From the NCBI RefSeq assembly GCF_036321535.1, contig NC_087453.1:11780001-11844000 (forward strand): a DNA stretch of 64,000 bases, given 5' to 3'. The DNA comes from Camelus dromedarius (Eukaryota). Shown in pieces: positions 34,101 through 47,560 of this stretch. The notes under the pieces were generated by a model. The model did no database searches and was not told where the DNA came from. It saw nothing but the letters and a program-made list of their open reading frames with translations. Each line of letters starts with the position of its first letter. Position 1 is the first letter of the stretch. A program made the position numbers and the translations under genes.

Positions 34101-37100
34101 TACTTTCTGACTCAGGAATCCCATTTACAGAGATTTATCCTTCAGAATCACCCATACGTGTACACAAGGATGTTTGGTGTAGCATTCTTTCTAAAAGCAA
34201 AATTGTTGGAAAAACCTTAAAATGTCCATAAACATGGGAACAATGTAATAAATGATAAAATATCTATTCTATGAATTCTACACAGCTGTTAGAAGTAAAA
34301 TGAGGGAGACTTAATAACATGGACAAATCTCTAAGATATTATCCACTAGATTTACAGTGGTCAGGGCCAGTTAGTAAATATTTTAGGCTTTGCTGGCCAT
34401 AACATCTTTGTCACATATCCTTCATTAAAAAAAAAAAAAATCACCCTTTAAAAATGTAAAAACCCTGAGTTGGACAAAAACAGGCAACAGGCTGGATCTG
34501 GCCCACAGCCCATAGCTTGCCCATTAGAATGTAAGCTCTGTGAGGGCAAGGAGTTGTGTGTGTCTGTTTCGTCCATTGCTGTATCTCTGGCACTTTGAGA
34601 ATGCTCAGTACTTGATAAATATTTATTCAATGAATGAATGAATCTTGGGGGTGAAAAAAAAGTCAGAAAATCAGAGAAATACATATATCGTATGAGCCCA
34701 ATAACAAGAACAAAATATCACTAAAGGACCAAGAAACACAAACACGCACACATAGGGAGGGGTCTGAAGGATGCTACCATGTTGTGGGGGAGAGGGGAAG
34801 TGATCTCTAAAAGCGGAGAGTCAGAGTCAAGGGTGAAAGGGAACTTTGTGTTTTGCTCTCTATTAGCTTCTGTGTATTGTCTGACTCTTTTTATAACAAG
34901 AATGGATTTGTATATTATTTCTATAACTTAAAAAAATTAAAAAGGAAAATAAAAAATTGAATAATGCCTTTAGAAGGATAGAAAAATGGGCAGAAGTTAT
35001 AATAGGCAATTTACAGAAGAAATACAAATATTGACTTTAAATGGATGAAAAGATGCTTATCTTCACTAATAGACAATTAAAAATAAAACAATGAAAAACA
35101 TTTTCCCCCACTTAGTAGACTGGAAAGATTAAAATGAGAGGTAGCGTCCCCTGCTAATGAGAGTGTGGGCTGGGAGTGCATTACAAACGATGGGTCTAAG
35201 ACCTGGGGTTTATGCTGCTAATAATGATGGCCGTTTGCTGAGCCCTTGCTATGCCAGGCGCTGTGCGCGGTGCTTTACTGCCCTGTCTTAATTCTGCTAA
35301 CCCTAAAGGTTGGTTTGCATCATTCTTCCTTTACAGATGACAAGACAGGCTCAGAAATGTGCAGCCACTTGCCCACTATCACACAGCTAGTACCAGGACT
35401 GAAAGGACACTCTTAACTGTCATGCAACAGGAAGTGAAAGTGGGCCGAAGAGCATATCCATTTGGGGGATGATGCAAGCAAGGGTCTTGAAGGCACGCAT
35501 CTTACAGGGTATCGGGCAGAGAAAAGGGTGAGGGAGGAAGGTCATCAAAGGGAACCACAGGAGCGAAGACACTAAGAGAGAAAATTGAAGTAGCAGCAAG
35601 CAGGCCAAACTGGGTGTTGGGAATCCCAAAGTATAAGACCAAAAAATTAAGAGGAAGTACGTCTGCCCTTCAAAGAACTTGAACTTGCACAGAATGTAGC
35701 AGACAAAGCTCATGATTCTGGGACCCCAAGGAGCTGTGTAGTTCTGGCAAGGGGCACCAAATCTGGAGTACAGGGGCAAAAAAACATGTCGTGAACACAT
35801 GCACATTACTATTTTTCTAGTATGTTTGGACTGATAAAATACAAAAACTTTGAATTTATGCTCCCCCCACCTCCATTATTTTCTCAAATAGCGGTGACCA
35901 GAGCACAGCTCAGGAGAGGTGTCTTCTCTGAATAAGGTTAGGACTGCTGCCTTGCTCCAAGCTACTTTACAGACAACTGAATAACGCCATGGTTAAGAGC
36001 TCGGGCTTTGCTGAACACAGACCTGGATTAGAATCCTGAATCACCACTTATTAGCTGAGTAATTTTGGGCAAGTAACTTAGCCTTTCTCAACATTTGTTT
36101 TGTTTAATTTTGTTTTAAATTTGTAAAATAAGGATAACAATACCTATCTTAAAGGACAGTTCCCTGAGATAACATTAGCGGAGCACTGAAACCCTCTCTG
36201 GTACACAGTAAACACACAAGGAAGGTAGCTGTCATCATGGAGGCACAGAGGTGTTGAGTAAATTACAAAAGGCAAAGGTTAAGGGCACAGGGGCAGCTAG
36301 ACCCCAGATGTCCTGACTCCTGGATCAGTGTTTATTCCAAGCTTCTCTGTGCCACCTACAGCTCCCAGTGCCATCGACTCCACTGCAACGGCTTGCCTAG
36401 CTCCCGGCACGGCACTCACCTACCTTAAAGAGGTGTGGGTGCTTGATGTAGATTCTTCCTCTGGTGCCCCCCATTCCCAGGGCCCTGAAAAGTAAGAGAT
36501 GAGGGGTAAGCATTCCAGCAGCTGCCATCCTAGTGGTGGACCCCTGAGCTTCCCCCACCACAGCACAAAAGCTCTTTAGACTTACTTGTTGGCTCGAGAT
36601 CCCAACACAAAGGTGGTCGATTCATTCAGCCGAGCTGGGTCCCACTATGCAAAAAATAGAGAGGCTCGAGGTTGAGGTTAATCTGGTGGGCAGGATAGAA
36701 ACACTCCTCCCCTGCCCTCTCCGACAACGACCCTAGTCCATTATTTAACAAACAGTTCATTCAAGAAACTGAGTACTTCCAATATACGAGGCCCTGTGCT
36801 ACATACTTGGGGTAAGGGAATGAGTAAGAGACAGTCTCTGTCCTCCAGGAGGCCTCAAACGTACATACAGATAATCTACCATCCTGACATGGGCAATGAC
36901 ATGAGGTGGGTGCAAGGAGTGAGGGGAGTCAAAGAGGCGGTAACAGGAAGAATTCCTTGAAAGGCTAATTCCTAAGTTGATTCTGAAAGGGTGAGCACCA
37001 GCTGGACAGGCTAGAGGGGAGAAGAGGGGGCAGCGTGAACAAAGGCTGGTTAAGAGTTGGGTTGGCTTGTTGGAAAAGCCATAGTGAGTCTGTGTTGCTG

Positions 37101-40100
37101 AAAGAGGGTGCAGATTAGGGAGTGGCGACTGATGAGGCTGGAGAGGGAAGCACAGAGGGGCTGGGGCCCTACTACACTACGTGGATGGGTTTTATTTATT
37201 CTGTAGGCAACTCTCCCTCTAAACAGGGAGAGCCAGATGTGTGTTAAAGAGAGCTCACTCTTCCGCAATGAGGCTATTGGATGAGAAGGCGCAAGACTGC
37301 AGGCAGGGCGAGTGGTTCAGAGACTATCGTCATAGAGCAGTTTTGAAAGATGGGGGCCTGAGCTGGGACAGCAGTAGGACAAAGGGGGGACAGGAACTGT
37401 GTCCGTAAGGTAGGGCAGAACACTCCTGAATCATAGAAGGGAAACAGAATCTATCTCATAGGGTTGTTATAAAGTTTAAATGAGATAATCCACACGAAAG
37501 ATTTTGGGCAGTGCCTGTGCCATGTTAATACTGAGTAAATATTAATGACAACTAGCTTTTACAGGGAGAATGCATCAGCAAAGACCATGCCTTCTCTGTT
37601 TTGCTCCTAATTCCAGTCCCTACTTGGGATCCTTCTGAAAGGCCAGCGTTGGCAGGTGGGGTGAGAAGGGAAAAATGGGACTGGACTGGTGTGCACACAC
37701 CCTTCACCAGCCCCGGCCCCTTTCCCTCACGGTGGGGCCCACAGCCTGGGAGAGCGGTCACCGCCATGCTCACATGATCGTACCTTAGGGCCTTCCCGGC
37801 GAATTGGTTCGCAGGATTTTGGCTTCCATCTGATTGGAAGGAAAGAAGAAGGGTGAATTTTCCAAGGTCAGGTCGAGGCCTGGAAGAAAGCCTGCTGCTG
37901 GTGGGAGTCCCTCCTACTCCCTCAGTCTGGCCCTGGGCGTACTGCCTCCTGGTTCCCATTAGAGGAGGTCCAAAGGGAAGAAAGCACGGCACTAGAAGCT
38001 ATTAGGACTTGCTCTGACACCGCCTAGCTGTGTGTGCAAGTCCAGGAACCAATCTGGGCTGCAGTTTTCACATCTGTCAAAAGGCGGTAACAACAGCAAC
38101 TCCTTATCTTATCTAAGTTAGGAATGAACTTGCTTCAGGGAGGCAACAAATCTAAGGTATGAGGATTACTACAAGTCCATCTCCTAGGCTAGTGGTTTCA
38201 AACTATCTCCATCCCTCTTAACCAGACCAGTGTGGCTTTATCCGCTTTATATATTGGGCTTCCACATAAAGATCTGTTTGAAAAAAAGATTCTGTTGCTT
38301 AAAAAATCTTTGAAAATGACCATCCTGGAGGCAATGTAGTATATTTTGCCCCTTATTAGCTGTGTGACTTTGGGAAGTAATTCTGAGTCTGTTTCTTTAT
38401 CTGCAAAATTAATTATATCTTCATTAGAGAGTCGCTGTAAGGATTAAAAGGTAAAATACTTAAGGTGTTGAGCCAGTTACAGCACATTTATAAGCATTCA
38501 ATACACACTACTAATAAAAAACCAAAAAATAAACCTCTGGTGTTTAATGAAGCTGGGCTGAACTGTTCTGGGGCAAAACCAGGATAAGACAACCTCCTCC
38601 TCACTGCCTTCTTTCCCCGCCACTCAAACCAGAGTAACTCTCCTCCACGGGGACCGAACCAGATGGATCTGATTTCACCAGACACAGAACTCTGGCCTCT
38701 TCCTCTGGGCCCACTCCCTCCCTGCTCCTCCCTTTGGCTCTGTTGGCCTGTACTCACACCATGCCTGCGGCTGCCCGGTCATTTGACAGGATGTGTCCAG
38801 GAGGCCGTCCCTTTCTCTGCCACAAAGAACAGCTGTCAGAGGCCTGACCCTGTGGGAAGCCCCCATGCCACTGGCAGGTCCAGGGTCACTCGGTGGAAAT
38901 GGTTTTCCAATGAGACCAAATGACACTTGCAAGTGAACGGGGAGGGTGACGGTTCCCAAGGTTCCTGCCTCTCATGCTACTTAGGCCCAAAGGTGCCCTG
39001 AGGAAGCCCACCCCTTCGGGAGCTGCAGGGCCTTTTCCCAGCCAGAAAACGAGGAGATGGTCTACCTTTTTGGGAACAGGGCTTCCTCGATGGGCACATT
39101 CTTCTTCTGTCTGCCGGCCACGCTGGAGGAAGAGGGGAGGGAGTCAGTGGGAGGCCAGTGCCCTGGAGCTGCGGGTCCCCTGGGGTTGCATAAGGCAGAG
39201 CCCCTGGACCACACCCTCTAGCCCTTCCCTAAGCCGGGACACAGATACCCTCCCAGCATGATGCTATTTGGACCTGGTCCCACAAATGGGCAGTTCGTGG
39301 AGCCTCCCCAGAACCACAGACTTTACCTGTCTCCCAGTCTAATCAGTCTCCCCCGCCAAGACCCTAGGACCCAGTGACTCTGACCTTTATCCCCGGAAGC
39401 TCATGGGTCAATCTGGGTATTACTTTTTCTCCATCTGAAAATAGTAGTTTAGCCTGAAGAGGAAAGACCAAGTGTTAATAGTCGTTAGCTTGGTGCGTGA
39501 GCCTCTCTGCCTCCATTTTTATAGACACAACTTCAGATTGGGTTAAAACTCTTTCGTGGTCAGTATAAAGGCACTCTGAGATATGCATATAAATAGGTAC
39601 CTATTTTTAAAAAAGACATGAGTGATTAATGATCATTGTTGAAAAATTAGAAAAAGTAAGCATTAGAAAAAACTCAAGCCAGTCCTTGTGGCTATGGTTA
39701 TGAAGAAATTTCCATCTCTGACATCTAATGGTTTCACAGTCAAGTACAGAATCTGGGTGATACTGACAATTCCTATTAATAACAGCAGCTGACACATGAA
39801 AACAGGTTCACTACTATCTTGAGAACACAGCCATTTCTAGACCTGATGTCATGCCTCCTGACCACACCTTGAGAGGCAGGGAGGCAGAAAGGCTGCTAGT
39901 TCTCGTGATACCAAAAGGGGTTATGACTACTTGGAGGATCAAGTCACCAAGCACTTGCAGAGGTGAGCCAGACCTTAGCTACTCTGCCTCTTGCTTGTTC
40001 TAAGCCACAAACTAGGCTTAGAAATTAGGGATGAAAACACGCCTTCTGCACTGGGTTTCTTCTGAGATGTAAATGAACTAATGCAGGCAAAAGCATCTAC

Positions 40101-43100
40101 CACAGTACTTGGAGTAGCCACTTCTGTCCCGTTCTGTTGGCAACAGCTCCAAGCCTGATCTAGATGTAAGAAGCTTGCTGGGCCTCCCCCCGACAACATC
40201 ACTGATGATGGGACCACATTTCTTAGCCGAGCCCTGAGGGCCAAGCCTTGTGCCTACATCTCTTCTCTTCGGTCTCACCTGCTCCAGGCAGCTCCGACAG
40301 GCCTCCTGGATCAGCTGCTCTGCGTCCACTTCTTCCCCGATGTTGTCTCGTACGTTCAGTGCTGCTTTCTGGAAGAACTAGGGAGAAGTACGTACGATAG
40401 AGGACAAGGTCAGAAGTCCTGCTGATTTGCATCAAACTTGAAGGGAAGTGAATAGAAAAGAGAAGCTTTTATCCTACCCGCACAAAGAGGGGAAAGGTAG
40501 TTATGAGCATGGCTTTGAGGTCAGCCAGACCAGGTTCATATCCCAGGTTCTACTTCCCCACTCGAGCCTCTCTTAAGGAGAATCATCATGGATGTGCCCA
40601 AAGGAGGGTCGTTCCAGTGTTAATGTGTAGACAGTATAAAACTCAAAAGATAACCTAAATGTCCAAGCACAACTCAGGTAAATTATGGAATACCCACACC
40701 ATGAAGAAATACAAAAATATTGGAAATCACAGTAAGGATAGTATAGGAGAACATATCTTTTGACATGAAAAGGTATTCACGATATATTGCCAAGTGGATG
40801 AAAGTTATAAAATAGACTGAGATAGTGTGAGCCTATTTATGTAAAATAGCAAAAAGCAAACACGGAGAGACAAAATAACTCTAAGAACATACTATATGAG
40901 AATAAAACAGGTGATACAGTGACTGTTTCCTTTTTTTTCTTTTGCTTATCCATATCTACTCAATTTCTATACCGTATTTCTAGAATGTCTTACTTCCATA
41001 GAAGAAAAATAAAGAATGGCAGTGCCCAAGATGAACACGTCAGGGTAGGCCAGAAAAGATCCAGAGAGTAGAAAAGCCTAATAGAATTCTGACTTTGCCC
41101 AATCTGAAAGAAACATCTGCATGGTGGGAGGAGTAAGACTTGGCCAGGGCCCCAGGATATCAGCAACCCCCAATGGCCAGGGATAGGGAAGGCAGAAGGT
41201 TCCTCCACTGGGTAAGAGGGAGAACTTGAGCCTGAAAACACCAATGGACAAGGTGATGTGAGGCCCCAAACCGAGATACTGGGAACACACTCATAATGCG
41301 AGTTCATGTCTCTAGAAGAAAGTGTCGGTTCTCTCTGGGGAATAGAAAAATCCTGGAACCTATAACCAGTGCTTCTCCTGCGGGAGACAACTATAGGGAA
41401 GTACAATCATTTTATATTTAGCAAGGTCAGACACCTTTGTTGTTGACATCAAACCAAGGAGAAGAGTGTGAAAGCACTGGATTGGAGATCTCAAGAATTC
41501 AGGAAGAAAATTCTGCAGGCAAAATTAAATGGAAACATCAGATGAGTTTGACTTCAAAACAAAAAACTAGAAACTGGAGATTAATACTGGTGTTCAATGT
41601 TGACTACTGGCTAAGTGACAGCTAGTTAAAATAATCTGGGTATTTTACAACCAACCAATGAGATGGGCAGCGCAATGAATATACAGGGGTAAGTGTAAGT
41701 TACTTCTTGACCTGAGGATGAAATCCAGTCATGAATAAGAAATTCTCAAACGCTACTGGCAGAAATGCAAAATGGCACCACCTTTCTGGAGAGAAATTTT
41801 CTTGACGGAAGAATACCCCGACTCCATCTTCAGAAATTTATCCCCCAGAAATATTCTCATAGGTTAACAAAGATATACATTCAAAGTGTTCAATGTAGCA
41901 TTGTCCGTAACAGAGAAAAATTATAAACAATATGAATGTTCTAGGGGCTAGCTAATTAAACTGTGGTATAGCCATACAACAGATTACTTTGCAACTATTA
42001 CAAAAGAATCAGGGTCAGCTATCATGTGCTGACCTACAAATGGGACCACAATATACATATATATTTATGTACATATATATACACATATAAATATATATAT
42101 TAGTATTTTTGCCCCCAGGGTTACGGACATGACAGGTCAGGCATTGCTGGTAGACTGTTTCTGCCATTCTACAGAAATCTTCCTGCCAATGTCTATTTAC
42201 AAATGGAGTCATCTTAAACACACTATGGTGGGTGAAGGAATGCAAGGAGGTAAAAAGAAGTGAGGTTTATCAGGGAGCCAGGGGAAACTAAGACCAAGCA
42301 GCCTCTCGAGCCATGTCTCGGGTTTCCCAGAGCCCCGACTGTTTGTTTAATGGACAGAATGGACTTGAGCCACGTGTGCCATCATCTTTCAAAAGGATGC
42401 TGTGGCTGCCGTTGCATGTAAGTCAGTTAGGGAATCTCGCTGATACTTGGTTCAGTCCCCATTTTGATGACAGACAACACTTTACGCCAGGGCAGAGAAT
42501 ATCCCATCATTGCTGGAACACTTTGCATACATACCTGTACGGACACAAGCTGAAGAAGGGCTTCATGTTCCTTCTTATTTGACACACTTACCATGTCATT
42601 GAACCTACCAAACACCTACTTAGTTTTCTCTCTCTCTTTTTAATGAGAGAGAACACATTTTTGAGCTATTTCAGGTGCCCCCTCATCCTATATCGTATCT
42701 CAAAGTGAGTTCTAAGTTAAAAAGACTTTACCTGTCGTTCAATTTTTTGGCAAGTTTGTCAAAAATATCAAAAAGATTATAAAGCTCTTAGTCATATAGG
42801 CCACTGTGAAACAATGCCTCACTAGCCACAAAATATATTGTTAAATGTAAAAATCGAATTGCAGAACAGTGTGTGTAAAATGACCCTATATATTTTTTAA
42901 ACATGCATGCCTGTGCACACACAAATAAATTCAGGAGACTATGGTCACTGTTAACAGTTTGGTATCTGTGGGAGGTGAGTATTAGTGACTTTTGATTTTT
43001 ACTTTTCAAATATTTGTATTATTTTTTTCCCAATATTTTATGAAAAATTTCAAACATATGGAAAAGTTGGAAGAATTATTCAGTCAGTGACTACTAATAC

Positions 43101-46100
43101 CTACCTACTTAGAGTCTATAAATAATATTTTGCTATATCTGCTATCAGATATCCATTTGCCCATCCCATTTATCCACCCATCAATCCATTTTATAAGCTA
43201 CCTTACTAGACCGCTTTTTAAAAAGGGCATGTACTTAGTAATAACAGAAATAAGTCAATAAAATTAACAAGTCTTGGATGAGAACAGGTATTTCTAGAAG
43301 TTATTATTCTAAGGACTTTTAAGAAAATGGGTAGCTGGGATTTGGAAACATCATTAAACAAAGTCATCTGATGAGGTCAACCAAGAGTGCGGACTTATCT
43401 GAAGCTGTGATGTAATCAGGTCATTTATCTCTTGTCTAAAAACAAGTGCGGCAAGTCGGTATCTTCACAGACTATGTGAAGCTACAAACTGTTTATCCAG
43501 CATTTGTCCAGGAGAGAAAGTTCCAGAATTGTGGTATCCACTACTGGGACAAGCAACAAGGAAGTGCTCAGAGGCAGACAACCCCAGACTGGATCCTGGT
43601 CTAGCCTTTTCCCAGTGGCTTAACCTCTTTATTGCTGCATATGTAAAGGTACAGAGGCATGAGAATACATGGCGCATCCTGAGATGTGCAAACATCAGGG
43701 ATAGGAATAACTAGGGTATACAGTGGGGTGTGGCTGGGGTCTGATCACAGTGGGCCATATACACCACGTTAAGGAATTTGGATCTCACCCAGAAGATAAC
43801 GGAAAGCCATGGAGGGATTTTCAGGAGGGAAGCGGCACTGTTGGATTTACATTTTCGAGCTGACTGGCAGCCGTGTGGAGGGTGGGCTGTAAGAGGGGAA
43901 GAACAAGAGGCAGTGAGGGATTAGAGGGAGACTGAATGAGAAACCACGAAGGCCTGAACCAAGGCAGAGACAAGGAAGAAGGCACGCTGGACAGCGTGTG
44001 AGGCAGGATGTACAGGACCCCACGACTGGATACGGAATATGGAAGAGAGGGCAGAGCCGTTGGCTTCTGGTTTCTAAGTGAACAGTCATCCCATTCAAAC
44101 TTGTTCAAAACCGAGCTCCTGATTTCCCTGCTCGTTCCCACCTTCCTCATATCAAGTCAGCGGCAATTCTATTTTTACTGTTGCCCCTGGCGAATAACTG
44201 GGGAGTTGTTTACCTCTTTTTCTTTTATTCTGCATAACTGAATCATTAACAAATCCTGTTGTCACCTTTAAAATACACAGACTCTGACTCTTTTCCATTA
44301 TCTTTACTGCTAACACCCAATCCACTACCATCAAGCCTCCTCACTGGTCCTCTTGAAGACTATTCTCTATGTAACAGTGACTCGTTAAAAATGTTCAGCT
44401 CATGAACTCTGCTCAAAACTCTCTAAGAGCCTCTATTTTACTTGTAATGAAATCCAAAGTCCTTACCATGGCTTCAAAGTTCTGCCTGAGCTGAGCCCGT
44501 TACCTGCCTCATCATCTAGCCTACAACTCTTCTTCTGGTTCGGTCAGCTCCAGCCACACTGGCCACTGTGCTGCTCTGGAATGTGCCAAGCACGCCTGCC
44601 TCAAGGCCTTTGCCCTTGTTCCCTCTGCCTGACTGCTTCCCCTCTCCAAGTATCTCTATGGCTTGTTATTTCCTCGCTCAAATGTCCTCTTACCGGCGGG
44701 CTTTCCTAGCCACAGCCTATGAAATAGCACCTCTGTTCCCTGTGGATCACTCTCATGCCCTTTGCTCTGGTATTCCCTGACAAAGTACACATTTGCTTAA
44801 CGAGGGCAAGGACATTATCCATTTTATTCGCTGCTACATCCCTAGTGCCTAAAATAGCACCTGCATTATTGTAGGCGCTCCGTAAATACTTCTGGAATAA
44901 ATGAATAAACACAAGAGGAAGAGATTTTGGAAGAAAAAGAGTTCAGTTCTGAATGTGTTCGGTTTGAAGCATCCACATGGGACATTCAGGGACAGCCACA
45001 GAAGTTTATTTATAGGTCTTGAAAAGAATTTCAAATAGTAACAATGGTGATATTATTAAACAAGTACTAAAAACACTTGTTATGTTTCAAGCACAGTGCT
45101 CAGTACATTAAAGTCATTTCATTTTCATAAGAGCTTGGCAAAAGAGGTATTCAAATTACTGCCAACAAGGGAAAAACGTTCTCAAGGGTTCAAGATTGGA
45201 AAACTTTACACAACATTGTAAAATGACTATAACTCAATAAAAAAGTTAAAAAAAAAAAGATTGGAAAACGTTAGACATCCATGTGCACTCGAGCCAGGGA
45301 GACTGTGCTACAGGAAAGGACTGCCCATGAATCTTTCTCCCTGTTAATTTTTTACCTTTTCTTCCTTCTCACCTTCATGTACTTGTTGAAGACAGTCTGG
45401 ATCTCCTCATTGATGCTAGGCTGCAGGACAGCTCGGAGGAGATCCATGGAGATGGCAGGATCTGTGAAGCTGCATTCAGGAGGGAGACACAGGTCAGGAG
45501 GCATGTCCCAAACTTATCCTTTCCTAGTCTGCCCAGCCAACTATAGACATAGGATCCCTGAACAACAATAACAGACAGCTTTTACTGACAACTACCTATT
45601 GTCCAGGTTCTGTGCAAACCACACAGATGCACCACTTCATTTCATTCTCATAACTCTAGGAAATGGGTATTATTTTAAAAGTGCTCTATGAAGTATATTA
45701 GTCATGCAGATAAAGTCTATATGCTTTAACAGTTTTAGTGAACATTCATTTAATCACTACCCAGGTCAAGAAATATATATAATCAGCATCCCAAAGACCC
45801 ATCCTGTGCCCTCTCTTCTCCCTGAGATGAATATTATTAGCCCCCACATTTTTCTTGTTTTCTTTTTTAATTGCAGAATAGTGGATTTACAATGTTGTGT
45901 GAGTTTCTGGTGTATAGCACAGTGATTCAGTTATACATATATTCTTTTTCAATATAGGTTATCATAAGATATTGAATATAGTTTGCTGTCCTATACAGCA
46001 GGACCTTGTTTATCTAAGCCCCACATTTTTCTTAACTTCCATGCTATTCTGACTCTTTGAAGCTTTCAAACACAGAGCCAGTGAATGTTAGGGATCTTAG

Positions 46101-47086
46101 GCATTGTTTAATCAACCTGCCCCCTCATTCTGTACATGAGTTCAGAGTGGGAAGTGACTTGATCAAGATCACACATAGAATTACAGAATCTGGGTCACCT
46201 CTTTCCTAGTCCGGTGCTCTTTCTACTGGCGGACGATCTCTTCTCAGCACTGTGCAGAGGAGACCTAAAAGCTGCCTTCCATGCCAGTGCCTGGGAGGGA
46301 AGTCCCAACCAAGGCCAGCCTTACCTTGTCGTCATCTGTGAGCGGCGGCCCCTTCGCTGCACCTGCCGGTGCTTTATCATTATGTTCCAAGGGTTCTGTG
46401 GGGACCAAGGGGGCAGATGTCATAGAGGTCCGTGACACTGGGGTGAAGGTGGAGGGTGGGGATCATGTTAAACCCAGACATCCCCACCTCTCAGGTGCTG
46501 TCACTACCTCTCCCACCTTGGGGAGAGGGCGTTGGTGGGCAGCGGTTGGAAGGCCCTGACAGAGAAGAGGAACTAAGGAAAACTTTCCTCCCTCCAAAGT
46601 CCCAACCCCACCTTCTCAGGAACCTCTGGAGGAAGGGAACCAGTGTTTACCGAGGACCAACTCCGCGCCAGATGATGTGCTGGGCGCTTTACCGGCAGTT
46701 ATATCCCTCCCCACAACAACTTTACGAGGCAGGTACTAAGCATCTCCATTTTCGAGAAGAGGAAACTGGAGCTCAGGGGCTCGACAGGACCGGCCCACGT
46801 CACCTAGCTAGGAGGGCGGCACCAGAATTTGAAGCCAGGTCGTCGGACTGAGACAACGCCAACCCCCTCGGCAGCACCAGCCACCACGTTCTCTCGCCCG
46901 CGGGCCAGGGTCCCCGGGAGCCCGAGGCCCTGCCCCGCCCGAGCCCAGGCCTGGCCGGGGCCTCCTCGGGAGCACCCTCACCGTAAGAACCAGCTGCCCA
47001 GCTGAGCCCGTGTCTCCCAGCTCGGGACCGCCCCGCTCTGCCCCGCCGGGTCCCCGCGGCTGCTCGGCGTCGCCAGTGGCCCCCAT
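31143..47086 (-). CDS. DNTTIP1: DNTT terminal-interacting protein 1 (MiDAC complex subunit), 13 exons, 329 aa
   Basis: Exons 47086-46982, 46395-46325, 45469-45373, 40377-40279, 39453-39385, 39122-39066, 38816-38758, 37829-37784, 36644-36586, 36484-36424, 33213-33142, 31449-31394, 31281-31143; total 990 nt, all GT-AG. MGATGDAEQPRG...NPWNIMIKHRQVQRRGRRSQ...KKRKGRPPG (AT-hook)...KHPHLFKYAADPQDK...VEAPPQT*. Confidence 0.98.
32325..32445 (+). mobile_element. tRNA-derived SINE (vic-1-like), B box deleted
   Basis: gggaggggtagctcagtggtagagtgcacgcctagcatgcacgaggtcctgg, then directly the (AAAT)n tail and aaacctaattacctccccc. Confidence 0.85.
33737..33776. repeat. (AAAAG)n pentanucleotide microsatellite
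   Basis: aaaaaaaagaaaagaaaagaaaagaaaagaaaaaa. Confidence 0.9.
34355..34512. mobile_element. MER58-like hAT element
   Basis: agggccagttagtaaatattttaggctttgctggcc...aaaacaggcaacaggctggatctggcccacagcccatagcttgcc. Confidence 0.65.
42108..42510 (-). mobile_element. Degenerate ERV1 pol fragment (RNase H end plus integrase HHCC domain)
   Basis: On -: RDSLTDLHATAATA (like GNxxADxxAKxAA), FCPLNKQSGLWET, then LHSFTHHSVFKM...WQEDF...VYQQCLTCHVRNPGGK with H-H...CxxC spacing of a retroviral integrase zinc finger; frameshifts and stops between blocks. Confidence 0.75.
44080..44900 (+). mobile_element. L2a 3' segment nested in an oppositely oriented L2
   Basis: aaaccgagctcctgatttccc...aaatccaaagtccttaccatggc...ccagccacactggcc...cctcaaggcctttgccc...aataaatgaataa; antisense L2 sequence at about 43720-44080 resumes at about 44910. 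Confidence 0.65.
45850..46015 (-). mobile_element. LINE-1 3' end fragment
   Basis: gaatagtggatttacaatgttgtgtgagtttctggtgtatagcacagtgattcagttatacatat...ctatacagcaggaccttg. Confidence 0.75.
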
Positions 47087-47560
47087 AGCGCCCCCGACCC
47101 CACAACTTCAGCGCGACTCTGCCACCGGCCGGAAAGTGGCCCTGTGACGTCATTGGAGAGCGCCGCCCGCCGGCCCCGGAAGCGGGATGCGGCGAGCGGC
47201 TGGGTTACCTGGGGAACCCAACCGCCGCGCCTCGCCTTGTCCCAGACGCTTAAAAGTCTTGAGTGTCTAGGTGGCCGGGCTGTCTCCCGGGAGCGGCCGC
47301 GCCTCGGGTGTGGACTGTTGGGTGTTCAGTCAAGGATTGTTCTCTGGCCCGGCTGCCCGTGGAGAAGCGCGGGGCAGGAGGCGGAGAGCAGGTTTCCACC
47401 GGCTGGGGTTGGGGAATGGAGGGCAGCGTTTCGTACCGTGGCGCCTGCATTAGTCTTTGAAAACGAGATTTTAATGCCTGGCACTCAGCCCCCGGAATTG
47501 GATGGGCCTAACGCGGGGACCCGGAAACCCAACAAGAGGAGGTCTGGCCCATGCCATCCC
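46800..47560. promoter_or_regulatory. Bidirectional CpG-island promoter shared by DNTTIP1 (-) and WFDC3 (+)
   Basis: CpG-rich; palindromic CRE TGACGTCA 47145-47152 overlapping ATTGG 47152-47156; ETS CCGGAAG 47176-47182; candidate WFDC3 non-coding exon 1 donor tctag|gtggcc at 47270/47271. Confidence 0.75.

Noticed and set aside
40990-41410. 138-aa ORF near the ERV pol relic
   Set aside because: No gag, pol or env motif recognisable by eye; left unassigned pending a Dfam search.
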